A stretch of DNA of 24,000 nucleotides from Halanaerobiaceae bacterium (GTDB lineage: Bacteria > Bacillota > Halanaerobiia > Halanaerobiales > DTU029), in NCBI GenBank assembly GCA_012518635.1, contig JAAYRT010000167.1, positions 4,986-28,985 on the forward strand. Reading direction: 5' to 3'. The stretch's first letter is position 1. Each line of letters begins with the position of its first letter. The notes under the pieces were generated by a model that saw only the letters and a list, made by a program, of their open reading frames with translations, did not search any database and was not told the origin of the DNA. Shown here piece by piece: positions 15,333 to 24,000 of this stretch. Made by a program: the position numbers and the translations under genes.

Positions 15333-15713
15333 TTATTCCTCTTCTTTTAATTCCTGCTCACTGGTATTGCTGTCTTCAGTACTATCATTTTCATTCACTT
15401 TTTCCTCCTCAGCGGAAGCAGGGGTTTCTTCCCTGTATTTTGCCAGCAATACCTTCAATTCTTCCACTTCATTAAGGAGTTCTTCCTTTTCCTTTTTTTC
15501 CATCCTGATCTCTTTATTTAACCTGAAACTGCTCAGAGAAGTTACCAGTGCCATGAGTATAGCACCAAAAACTATTGCCCCCAGAACAATTAGAACCAGA
15601 TAAATCTCAAAATCCCAGAAAAGAAGACGTATCAATACAGGACTGGCATTCTGAATGGAAAAAATGGCAATAAATAAAGCAAATAATAAAAGCAGGATAA
15701 TCTTTTTATTCAT
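15333..15713 (-). CDS. LapA-domain (DUF1049) inner-membrane protein with a coiled-coil and acidic C-terminal tail
   Basis: 126-aa ORF with two TM segments whose spacing matches the LapA_dom pattern (IILLLLFALFIAIFSIQN...V.I.LLFW.FE..L.LIVLGAIVFGAIL). These are followed by KEIRMEKKEKEELLNEVEELK and an acidic tail. Confidence 0.7.
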   Translation of the reverse strand: MNKKIILLLLFALFIAIFSIQNASPVLIRLLFWDFEIYLVLIVLGAIVFGAILMALVTSLSSFRLNKEIRMEKKEKEELLNEVEELKVLLAKYREETPASAEEEKVNENDSTEDSNTSEQELKEEE

Positions 15714-15766
15714 ACAGACAACACCCCCTGGACTCTCACCAGATTTTTTCCGGGGTAATCTCTCTA

Positions 15767-16291
15767 CTAATTATCATTTATTAGTCTCATCATATTCAAG
15801 GGCCAGTATACCCAGAAAGCCTTCCCGGTGATCGAATTATATTTTACATTGCCAACATAGGAACGCCGGCTGTCTTCGCTATTGTTCCGGTTATCCCCCA
15901 TGACAAAGACCTCATCTTCTCCGACCAGATATGGGCCAAAATCGTCCCTCATTTTTTCAATTAAAAAATCTTCTTTCAGGGGCTGCCCATCTATATATGT
16001 AATACCATCTTTTATAAAGACAGTTTCTCCGGGAAGTCCTATAACCCTTTTAATAAATTTACTATCTGGAAGACCGTTTGGCGTAAAGACAATTATCTCA
16101 AAACGTTCCGGTGGACGGAAGCGGTAAATGAACTTGTTGACAAATAACCTCTCTCCATCATGAAGAGTAGGATACATGGATTGTCCGTCTACAATAAAGG
16201 ATTGGGCTACAAAACTTATTATGAAAAATGCAAGTATACCGGCTATTATTAGTGATTGGACGAACTCCTTAAAATCTCCTTTATCCAACAT
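15767..16291 (-). CDS. lepB: Signal peptidase I
   Basis: 174-aa ORF with an N-terminal TM, the catalytic Ser box GQSMYPTL, the Lys box KRVIGLPGE, and GDNRNNSEDSR. Confidence 0.93.
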   Translation of the reverse strand: MLDKGDFKEFVQSLIIAGILAFFIISFVAQSFIVDGQSMYPTLHDGERLFVNKFIYRFRPPERFEIIVFTPNGLPDSKFIKRVIGLPGETVFIKDGITYIDGQPLKEDFLIEKMRDDFGPYLVGEDEVFVMGDNRNNSEDSRRSYVGNVKYNSITGKAFWVYWPLNMMRLINDN

Positions 16292-16311
16292 AAAAAATCC
16301 TCCACCATCAA

Positions 16312-16641
16312 TTACTCTTCAGTCTCAACCTGCTCCTCAGTTTTATTTTCTCTAACTGTTTCTGCCTTTTTCTCTACTCTGGAAATACTATTGCGGACTA
16401 AATCAATATCTACATTGGATGAAACACGTAATCTGATATAATCATCTTTAATCTTGATTATCTTTCCCTTGATTCCACCGATAGTTACAACCTGGTCTCC
16501 TGGCTGTAAATTGGCCAGCATATCCCGGTGGGCTTTCTCCTGTTTTTTCTGCGGCCTGATGATTATCAGGTAGAAAATACCGAATATTACTGCAAAGTAT
16601 ATTACCATGCTTAAGATACCATTAATTGGGCTCGCTTCCAT
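16312..16641 (-). CDS. yajC: Preprotein translocase subunit YajC
   Basis: 109-aa ORF with a single TM, then IIRPQKKQEKAHRDML..L..GD.VVT.GGI.GKI. It sits in the usual position after tgt. Confidence 0.92.
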   Translation of the reverse strand: MEASPINGILSMVIYFAVIFGIFYLIIIRPQKKQEKAHRDMLANLQPGDQVVTIGGIKGKIIKIKDDYIRLRVSSNVDIDLVRNSISRVEKKAETVRENKTEEQVETEE

Positions 16642-16717
16642 TTAATATGCCTCCTCTAATTATATTTTTTCATACATTAAAATATTCAACAATAGAGCAG
16701 GAAATCCTGCAAAAAAA

Positions 16718-17833
<1,116 letters not shown>

Positions 17834-17948
17834 TCATCCTCTCCTCGAAAGATAAGATAGATATATGATATTAAGATAAATAAAATAAACCTGATGATTG
17901 CTGAACATAGTCTGAACTATAAAGTTTAAGGATTTAGAGCAGGCAGGA

Positions 17949-18974
17949 CTAGATAATAAACATAGCATCCCCAAAACTGAAGAAATGGTATTTTTTCTCC
18001 ACAGCCTGCTGATAGGCCTTCAATATCTTTTCCCGGCCGGCAAAAGCACTGACCAACATCAAAAGGGTTGAGCGTGGCAAATGAAAATTAGTCACAAGGG
18101 CATCAATTACCTTAAACTCATAACCGGGAAAGATAAAGATATCTGTCCAACCCTTGCTGGCTGTCAGTATGCCTTTTTCACTGGCGATGGCTTCCAGGGT
18201 CCTGGTAACAGTGGTTCCAACAGCAATGACCCTTTTTCCCTCCGCCTTTTTCTGATTGATAAGTTCTGCCGTCTGCTGGCTCAGTTCATAGTACTCGGCA
18301 TGCATCTGGTGTTCTTCTACATGTTCCGCCTTAACTGGCCGGAAAGTCCCCAGCCCTACATGAAGGGTAAGATAGGCTGTCCCGATGCCTTTCTCCTCCA
18401 ACTTTCGCAACAGTTCCGGTGTAAAGTGGAGGCCGGCTGTAGGTGCCGCAACAGAACCCCTCTCTTTTGCATAAACAGTCTGGTAACGTCCAGGATCTGC
18501 AGGTTTTTCGTGTATATAGGGTGGCAGAGGCAGTTCCCCCAATTCATCAATTATTTCATCAAAATTGCCGGAATAGCTGAACTTCATGAGCCGCCCGCCA
18601 AACTCTGTATAATCCAGGGTCTTCCCCAGCAACCTGCCGTCACCAAAGGATATCTCTGTGCCTATTTTGACCCTCCTGCCAGGCCTGACCAGTACTTCCC
18701 AGATATCTTTCTCCTTTTCATTCAGCAATAAGACCTCTATCTGTGTGCCAGTAGAAAACTTCCTGCCAAATAACCTGGCGGGAAGCACCTTGCTGTTATT
18801 TAAAACCAGGAGGTCTCCTTCATTAAGATAATCTATTATGTCCCTGAATTTCTTTTCCTCGATTTTCCCGCTCTCCCTGTGAAGTATCATCAGGCGGGAT
18901 TCATCTCTATATTCTGCCGGTTTCTGTGCTATCAGTTCTTCCGGTAATTCATAGCTGAAATCATCAACTTTCAC
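17949..18974 (-). CDS. queA: S-adenosylmethionine:tRNA ribosyltransferase-isomerase
   Basis: 341-aa ORF with the motifs [35 protein letters not shown] and [17 protein letters not shown]. The start is GTG, after GGAGGT. Confidence 0.96.
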   Translation of the reverse strand: MKVDDFSYELPEELIAQKPAEYRDESRLMILHRESGKIEEKKFRDIIDYLNEGDLLVLNNSKVLPARLFGRKFSTGTQIEVLLLNEKEKDIWEVLVRPGRRVKIGTEISFGDGRLLGKTLDYTEFGGRLMKFSYSGNFDEIIDELGELPLPPYIHEKPADPGRYQTVYAKERGSVAAPTAGLHFTPELLRKLEEKGIGTAYLTLHVGLGTFRPVKAEHVEEHQMHAEYYELSQQTAELINQKKAEGKRVIAVGTTVTRTLEAIASEKGILTASKGWTDIFIFPGYEFKVIDALVTNFHLPRSTLLMLVSAFAGREKILKAYQQAVEKKYHFFSFGDAMFII

Positions 18975-19036
18975 AACCTTATACCTCCAGGATTATTATC
19001 AATATTATTTGCCAGAAAGGTTAAATATATGTTCCT

Positions 19037-20071
19037 TTATTCTGTCCCTTGATCAAAGAGGCTCTGGCCCTGGCCCGGATACTCAATACCCAGGTGTTTA
19101 TAGGCGGAAGCTGTAGCAACCCGGCCCCGTGGCGTCCTCTCCAGAAACCCAAGCTGCAGGAGATAGGGCTCATAGACCTCTTCAATGGTTTCGCTTTCTT
19201 CATTAACAGCAGCAGCCAGGGTATTCAGCCCTACTGGGCCGCCGCCAAATTTAAGGATGATAGTTTTCAGTAATTTATGGTCAAGACTATCCAGGCCCAG
19301 CATATCAATCTCCAACAGGCCCAGGGCAGCATCCACAACCTCTTTTGTAATCTGCCCGTCTGCTTTCACCTGGGCATAGTCCCTGACCCGTTTTAACAAT
19401 CTATTGCTTATCCTGGGTGTCCCCCGGGAACGCCGGGCAACCTCCAGGGCACTTTCCTCTCCAATCTCTATACCCAGAATCCGGGCAGAACGCATAACTA
19501 TCTCACTTAACTCCTGATTATTATAAAGTTCCAACCTGTTAATGATTCCAAACCTGTCTCTTAAAGGTGAACTCAGCAAGCCTATCCGGGTGGTTGCCCC
19601 TACCAGGGTAAAAGGCGACAAATCCAGCCGTATGGAGCGGGCACTGGGTCCCTTCCCGATAATGATATCCAGGGAATAGTCCTCCATGGCCGGATACAGA
19701 ATCTCTTCCACCACTTTGTTCAGCCTGTGTATCTCATCGATGAATAGGACATCATTTTCCTGCAGGTTAGTCAGAATTGCAGCCAGATCTCCGGGCCTCT
19801 CAATAGCCGGCCCTGATGTAATATGTATATTTACATTCAACTCATTAGCAATAATATTGGCCAGAGTGGTTTTACCCAGTCCAGGTGGCCCATAGAGAAG
19901 CACATGATCCAGGGACTCTCCCCTCTCTCTGGCTGCCTCGATGAAGATACTCAGTTTTTCCTTGACCTTTTGCTGGCCGATATAATATTCCAGACGTTGG
20001 GGACGCAGTGTTCTATCGATGAGCACATCTTCTTCCCTTTTATTTCCTGAAATAATCCTGTTATCATCCAT
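19037..20071 (-). CDS. ruvB: Holliday junction branch-migration helicase RuvB
   Basis: 344-aa ORF with [12 protein letters not shown], Walker [10 protein letters not shown], Walker B LFIDEIHR, sensor GATTR, and a winged-helix C-terminus. Confidence 0.97.
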   Translation of the reverse strand: MDDNRIISGNKREEDVLIDRTLRPQRLEYYIGQQKVKEKLSIFIEAARERGESLDHVLLYGPPGLGKTTLANIIANELNVNIHITSGPAIERPGDLAAILTNLQENDVLFIDEIHRLNKVVEEILYPAMEDYSLDIIIGKGPSARSIRLDLSPFTLVGATTRIGLLSSPLRDRFGIINRLELYNNQELSEIVMRSARILGIEIGEESALEVARRSRGTPRISNRLLKRVRDYAQVKADGQITKEVVDAALGLLEIDMLGLDSLDHKLLKTIILKFGGGPVGLNTLAAAVNEESETIEEVYEPYLLQLGFLERTPRGRVATASAYKHLGIEYPGQGQSLFDQGTE

Positions 20072-20073
20072 TT

Positions 20074-20658
20074 TTAAATCCCCTTACCTAAATATGAAAG
20101 AATTAATTTTAATTTATCTTCAATATTCCTTAAATCAGCAAGGTCTAACTCCTTCATCGCCCTGTCAATCTCCCCATGGCTGTAACCCAATCCTGTCAGG
20201 GCATTATATAGATCCCCATCATAGGAACCGCCAGCAGGCTCTAACTCATATTTTACAGCCAGTTTCTCCATCTTATTTTTTAATTCCAGTATCAGTCTCT
20301 GGGCTGTCTTCAAACCCACTCCGGGAACCTGTTTTAACAGGGGAATATTCTCATTCAGGATGGCATCCACAAAACTGTCATAGGGTAATGTAGATAGTAT
20401 CTTTTGAGCCAATTTTGGGCCGACACCGGAAATACCAATCAGGGTAATAAAGAGTTCCCTATCGGTCAGGCTCTTAAAACCAAAGAGCTGCAGGGCATCT
20501 TCCCTTACATGGGTATATATGTATAACTCCAGTTCCCTGTCAATAAGGATAGCTGATTCCGGATCAACCAGTTCTACCAGATAACCTATATCACCGGTTT
20601 TAAGGATTATTTTGTTTTCACTCTGCCAGATAATCTGGCCTTTCAGATATGCTATCAC
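20074..20658 (-). CDS. ruvA: Holliday junction DNA-binding protein RuvA
   Basis: 194-aa ORF with MIAYLKG..., HhH motifs ([29 protein letters not shown]) and a C-terminal domain III. There is a 2-nt gap to ruvB. Confidence 0.95.
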   Translation of the reverse strand: MIAYLKGQIIWQSENKIILKTGDIGYLVELVDPESAILIDRELELYIYTHVREDALQLFGFKSLTDRELFITLIGISGVGPKLAQKILSTLPYDSFVDAILNENIPLLKQVPGVGLKTAQRLILELKNKMEKLAVKYELEPAGGSYDGDLYNALTGLGYSHGEIDRAMKELDLADLRNIEDKLKLILSYLGKGI

Positions 20659-20670
20659 TAATATATCCTC

Positions 20671-21159
20671 CTATTTTGCCTTACTGATGATAGTCCTGCT
20701 GTTTCCATGACATATAGCAACTGCCAGGGCATCAGCAGCATCATCCGGCCTGGGCAGGCTGGACAAATTCAACAGGGCCTTGACCATCAGCTGGACCTGC
20801 TCCTTAGTGGCCCGGCCATAACCAACTACAGCCTGCTTCACCTGTAAGGGAGTGTATTCTGCCACCTCTATACCGGCCCGGGCCCCGGCTAAAAGGATAA
20901 CACCCCTGGCCTGTCCTACCTCGATAGCTGTTTTAACATTTTTATTGAAAAATAATTCTTCTACAGCCATCTCATCCGGTTGATATCTATCGATCAAAGC
21001 ACCCAGTTCCTTAAATATGGTCATCAGTCTCTGGCAAGTTGTATCTTCAGCTGTGGTCCTTATTACTCCGTAATCACAGACTGAGAACCTGTTACCTTTT
21101 TTTTCGACCAGCGAATAACCGACAATGGCCAGCCCAGGGTCAATACCTAGAATTAACAA
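20671..21159 (-). CDS. ruvC: Crossover junction endodeoxyribonuclease RuvC
   Basis: 162-aa ORF with ILGIDPGLAIVGY, E..FF..N..TA...GQARG, and a C-terminal DAADALA.A.CH. The start is TTG, after GGGGTGG. Confidence 0.93.
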   Translation of the reverse strand: MLILGIDPGLAIVGYSLVEKKGNRFSVCDYGVIRTTAEDTTCQRLMTIFKELGALIDRYQPDEMAVEELFFNKNVKTAIEVGQARGVILLAGARAGIEVAEYTPLQVKQAVVGYGRATKEQVQLMVKALLNLSSLPRPDDAADALAVAICHGNSRTIISKAK

Positions 21160-21204
21160 AAAACCACCCCTTTATACTCTCCCAATAAAGCAAAAATATA
21201 CAAA

Positions 21205-21227
21205 GGACACTGATAAATTCAGTGTCC
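21205..21227 (-). terminator. Hairpin terminator after yebC
   Basis: GGACACTGA-TAAAT-TCAGTGTCC forms a 9-bp stem. On the minus strand it is followed by TTTGTATATTTTT, and it starts 7 nt after the stop. A T-run is also present on the plus side. Confidence 0.6.
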
Positions 21228-21233
21228 AGTTTT

Positions 21234-21995
21234 TTACACTTCTTCAGCAATTTCTGCCATTATTTCTTCCGGTATATCAAAGTTTGAATAGACTTCCTGT
21301 ACATCATCATGGTCTTCCAGTACATCCATCAGTTTCAGGGTCTTCCTGGCTGTATCTGCATCCAGCTCGATGGTATTTTCCGGTATCATGGCAAGATCTG
21401 CAGAAACAAATTTTACTCCTTCACCTTCCAGGCTTTCCCTGACCTCTTCCAGGGAAGCTGGTTCAGTATAGATGTTAACCAGGTTATCCTCTCTGACAAC
21501 ATCATCTGCCCCTGCATCTATTGCCATTAACATCAGGGTATCTTCATCAAATTCTGATTCATCCAAATCCACTACCAGCTGTCCCCTGCGCTGAAACATC
21601 CAGGAGACACAACCGGTTTCACCCAGATTTCCACCATGTTTTGATAAGATATGCCTGATTTCTGAGGCAGTCCTGTTACGGTTATCACTCATCATCTCCA
21701 TGTAGAGAGCAACACCACCGGGACCATAACCCTCGTAAATAAACCTTTCATAATTAACACCACTGATTTCGCCGGTACCCCTCTTAATAGCCCTTTCGAT
21801 ATTATCATTGGGCATATTCTGGTCCTTGGCTTTCTGTATAGCTAATCTCAAATCTGAATTCATGTCAGGATCCCCGCCGCCCTCCCGGGCTGCTACGGTA
21901 ATCATCCTGCTCAGTTTAGAAAACAATTTGCCTCTCCGGGCATCTTCTCTTCCTTTTTTATGTTTTATATTGGCCCATTTCGAATGACCTGCCAT
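21234..21995 (-). CDS. yebC: YebC/PmpR family DNA-binding transcriptional regulator
   Basis: 253-aa ORF with the hallmark N-terminus MAGHSKWANIKHKKG..D..RGK.F, full-length family resemblance, and RBS GGAGGT. Confidence 0.95.
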   Translation of the reverse strand: MAGHSKWANIKHKKGREDARRGKLFSKLSRMITVAAREGGGDPDMNSDLRLAIQKAKDQNMPNDNIERAIKRGTGEISGVNYERFIYEGYGPGGVALYMEMMSDNRNRTASEIRHILSKHGGNLGETGCVSWMFQRRGQLVVDLDESEFDEDTLMLMAIDAGADDVVREDNLVNIYTEPASLEEVRESLEGEGVKFVSADLAMIPENTIELDADTARKTLKLMDVLEDHDDVQEVYSNFDIPEEIMAEIAEEV

Positions 21996-22026
21996 ATGTT
22001 TACCTCCCTTCCCATTTACCTTATCA

Positions 22027-22055
22027 ATTTTAACACAAAGAGTCCCTTAATTCAA
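22027..22055 (-). promoter_or_regulatory. Candidate promoter TTGAAT-17-(TGt)TAAAAT for yebC
   Basis: On the minus strand, TTGAAT lies at 22055..22050 and TAAAAT at 22032..22027. A TG sits one nt upstream of the -10, giving an extended -10. Confidence 0.4.
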
Positions 22056-22068
22056 TAATATAAAATAA

Positions 22069-22097
22069 ATGTCAAGGACTGCACTATTCCTTGACAT
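22069..22097 (-). terminator. Terminator after the small-ORF pair
   Basis: ATGTCAAGGA-(9 nt)-TCCTTGACAT forms a 10-bp perfect stem. On the minus strand it is followed by TTATTTTATATTATT, and it starts 20 nt after the stop at 22117. Confidence 0.65.
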
Positions 22098-22116
22098 GTC
22101 TTCCCTGTTATCAGGT

Positions 22117-22335
22117 TTATTGTATTTGCCTTAATTGCCTGATTATCTCCTGCAGATTTTCTTTACCCTTGTTCTCCCATAAGTTTATGAAATTTTCTAT
22201 CTCTTCCAGTCCCTTTTGAATGACCTCTAAATTTTCTTCACCAACAAAGGGGTCTTCCGTATCTATATTTTGAATCATGTTAATAGCTTTCTTTAAAGGA
22301 TACTGTATTTTGTAGTAGATCTGATCAGTCATCAT
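22117..22335 (-). CDS. Small acidic helical protein of unknown function (about 72 aa), second gene of a coupled pair
   Basis: The ORF track starts it at 22356, but the SD-like AGGAAGGTGG sits just before the ATG ATG at 22335/22332, so the start probably overlaps the stop of the upstream ORF by 8-11 nt. The composition is clean and helix-prone (…LEVIQKGLEEIENFINLWENKGKENLQEIIRQLRQ). I do not recognise the family. Confidence 0.5.
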   Translation of the reverse strand: MMTDQIYYKIQYPLKKAINMIQNIDTEDPFVGEENLEVIQKGLEEIENFINLWENKGKENLQEIIRQLRQIQ

Positions 22336-22561
22336 TACCACCTTCCTGTTCTCCATTCAGTTTATCAGTAATATTATCGCGAATCCTGCTTAATTTTGGA
22401 ATAGCTTCATTTTCCAAAAATCTAATATAACCCTCAAGGGTAATAATTCTATTATCCAGAACCCTCTCACTCAAGTCAATTCCGCTTATGTCAAACTCTT
22501 CAACCTTGTTGATTGTAGAAGAAAGACGATCTAAGGCATCTAATACATTTACTTTTCCCAT
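22325..22561 (-). CDS. Small acidic helical protein of unknown function (78 aa), first gene of a coupled pair
   Basis: ATG is preceded by GGGGTG plus 5 nt. The ORF is bounded by a candidate promoter and, after its partner, a terminator. I do not recognise the family. Confidence 0.5.
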   Translation of the reverse strand: MGKVNVLDALDRLSSTINKVEEFDISGIDLSERVLDNRIITLEGYIRFLENEAIPKLSRIRDNITDKLNGEQEGGNDD

Positions 22562-22591
22562 ATCAACACCCCATTTTTTTGATTTATTAAT

Positions 22592-22622
22592 ATTATAATA
22601 TCTTTGTCTAAAAATAATTCAA
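22592..22622 (-). promoter_or_regulatory. Weak candidate promoter TTGAAT-19-TATAAT for the small-ORF pair
   Basis: On the minus strand, TTGAAT lies at 22622..22617 and TATAAT at 22597..22592. The 19-nt spacer is longer than optimal. Confidence 0.25.
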
Positions 22623-22636
22623 TATCTGTAAAATAA

Positions 22637-24000
22637 TTATAGTTCAGCCTCTACCCTGTTTTTTCCAGCCTTTTTTGCCTTGTATAATAATTGGTCAACC
22701 CTGTCTACAAATTCTTCTTTAGTCCATTCCTTTCTGTACTCTGCTACTCCAATACTGATTGTTACCTTAAGCGGGGTTTTTTCACCAACCAGGATTTCTG
22801 TATTTGCTACAGTTTTATTCAATCTTTCGGCAAAAGCCTTAGCTTCATCGATATTTGTTTCCGGCAACACAACTGCAAATTCTTCTCCGCCGTATCTTGC
22901 CACTAAATCTCCTTCTCTGCTATTGGTCAACAAGATGTTGGAGAGTTCCTTTAATACCAAATCACCGATTAAGTGGCCATATGTATCATTTACCTTTTTA
23001 AAATCGTCAATATCCATTATTATCAGGGAAAATGGCCACATACTCTTTTCCTCAATTAAATAATCCAGTTTGTTTTGGAAATAGGCATGGTTATATAAGG
23101 TTGTAAGACCATCCTTCTGGGCCATCTCTTCCTGTTGACGATATAGATGGGCATTCTGCAGGGCAATACTGACCTGGTTAGCAAAGGATTCCAGAAAGTT
23201 ATTATCGATATTAGTTAAATGAGTCAATGTGGAATCAAAGATATTTATGGAACCGAACAGTTCATCGCCTCTGCTGATAGGTATTATGACATACTGTACT
23301 TCCTGGCCTCTTTTCAGATTCAGGGAAGGTAATAATTCCAGTATCCTGTTACCTACCCTGGTAACACCGGAAATCAATTTCCTTTCTTTGGTCAGAAATT
23401 CATAAATATCCTGTGTGTAATTCAACTCTATCTCCTGGCTGGACTGGATGGTTTTAATCAGGACTTTTTGTTTGCGGGTATAGATACCTTCACAAAGCTT
23501 ATCCTTGAAAACTGTGATTGAACTGGTCCTTAAACCAATAAGCCCAACAATTGCGTCCAGTGTTTTATCCAGTAATTGGTCAAAATCCAATGTGGAGTTG
23601 ACAAAATCACTGACTATCTGCAGGGTAATTAACTCTGCCACTCTCTGTTCCATTCTGACATAATAATAGTTGTTTTTTAAGAGAAGATATATGTATTTGG
23701 CAATAAAACGGAAAACATTCTCGAAATCTTCATTTAGTTCCAGAGTATTCTGATAACAAAAAAATAATACACCGAGAAAATCGTCATCCACCTGTAAAGG
23801 TAAGAGGAGCACATCATCTCTTTCGCTTACTATAAATGGAAGAGAGTTAAAGATCTCACTGCTTTTTTTGACGATTGGCCTGTTTTCCTTTTGTACTTGA
23901 CCGACTATACCATCCTGTAAGGTCAGACGCCTTATATCGGGATAGGTTATGGTTCTGGCAGCCTGTCCTTCATTGAGATAAATACCTGATAATATAAAAG
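22637..24000 (-). CDS. GAF-GAF-GGDEF diguanylate cyclase, 5'-truncated by the window edge
   Basis: The C-terminal GGDEF domain carries DIDDFKKVNDTYGHLIGDLVLKE, the active site GGEEF, and the I-site RxxD (REGD) five residues upstream. Two GAF-like regions lie upstream. The GTG at 23812 in the ORF track is internal: I translated 23813..24000 and the frame stays open (…NEGQAARTITYPDIRRLTLQDGIVGQVQKENRPIV…). Confidence 0.88.
   Translation of the reverse strand, partial: FILSGIYLNEGQAARTITYPDIRRLTLQDGIVGQVQKENRPIVKKSSEIFNSLPFIVSERDDVLLLPLQVDDDFLGVLFFCYQNTLELNEDFENVFRFIAKYIYLLLKNNYYYVRMEQRVAELITLQIVSDFVNSTLDFDQLLDKTLDAIVGLIGLRTSSITVFKDKLCEGIYTRKQKVLIKTIQSSQEIELNYTQDIYEFLTKERKLISGVTRVGNRILELLPSLNLKRGQEVQYVIIPISRGDELFGSINIFDSTLTHLTNIDNNFLESFANQVSIALQNAHLYRQQEEMAQKDGLTTLYNHAYFQNKLDYLIEEKSMWPFSLIIMDIDDFKKVNDTYGHLIGDLVLKELSNILLTNSREGDLVARYGGEEFAVVLPETNIDEAKAFAERLNKTVANTEILVGEKTPLKVTISIGVAEYRKEWTKEEFVDRVDQLLYKAKKAGKNRVEAEL

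Noticed and set aside
14995-15603. 202-aa plus-strand ORF spanning the trpP and LapA-domain genes
   Set aside because: It is antisense across two separate genes and their intergenic promoter. Its translation is extremely Ser/Leu/Phe-rich and low in complexity, which marks it as a shadow ORF.
18081-18731. 216-aa plus-strand ORF, and 18356..18550, within queA; ORFs at 19049..20393 within ruvB/ruvA; 21125..21530 within ruvC/yebC; 22680..23063 within the GGDEF gene
   Set aside because: All are antisense or alternative-frame ORFs inside confidently identified genes, with no independent signals.
22117-22561. Small-ORF pair considered as WXG100/ESAT-6-like secretion substrates, a Spo0E-like phosphatase, FlgM, or a type II toxin-antitoxin pair
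   Set aside because: They have no W-x-G turn motif, no SQELD motif, and no secretion or flagellar gene context. Both proteins are acidic and similar to each other rather than forming a toxin plus DNA-binding antitoxin pair. They are kept as unknown.
22637-23200. GGDEF domain considered as a Hypr (cGAMP-producing) or degenerate, receptor-only variant that might mark a signalling-based defence system
   Set aside because: The canonical GGEEF, the guanine-specifying Asp in GHLIGD and the RxxD I-site are all intact. No effector or defence-type genes are adjacent.

Overview
This 24 kb window is almost entirely a conserved bacterial housekeeping array. About 24 of its 25 supportable genes are on the minus strand. 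Read in the minus-strand direction (high to low coordinates), the order is: a GAF-GAF-GGDEF cyclase (5' end off-window), two small unknown ORFs, yebC, ruvC-ruvA-ruvB-queA-tgt-yajC-lepB, a LapA-domain protein, a trpP-like transporter, recJ-apt-relA-dtd, an MBL hydrolase, a PpiD/SurA-like-TPR protein, hisS-aspS, argF, a small membrane ORF, and an ABC sugar-binding protein. The only plus-strand gene is a small holin-like membrane ORF that converges on and overlaps the end of aspS. Gene content and order (RuvC rather than RecU, queA-tgt-yajC ... recJ-apt-relA-dtd ... hisS-aspS) indicate a Firmicutes/Clostridia-type genome. The non-lipoprotein signal peptide on the binding protein, together with the LapA-domain and PpiD/SurA-like proteins, suggests a diderm lineage such as Halanaerobiales. 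That placement is inference only. I see no rRNA or tRNA genes, CRISPR array, transposase, integrase or long repeat. I also see no convincing multi-gene novel system such as a defence island, so most of the window is ordinary. The items most worth a second look are listed below.
- A run of GAG/AAG triplets at exact 5-nt spacing covers the SD and AUG of the trpP-like gene and resembles a TRAP binding site. It sits behind a perfect TTGACA-17-TATAAT promoter.
- The orphan holin-like gene has the hisS-aspS intrinsic terminator embedded antisense in its coding region.
- A translationally coupled pair of about 75-aa acidic proteins, apparently paralogous and of unknown function, lies next to the GGDEF gene.
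- A membrane-anchored PpiD-like protein has a degenerate parvulin domain fused to a C-terminal TPR module.
- hisS-aspS has no room for a T-box leader.
- Tandem ARG-box-like sites overlap a near-consensus argF promoter.
All functional calls come from motif recognition by eye. No database search was run.
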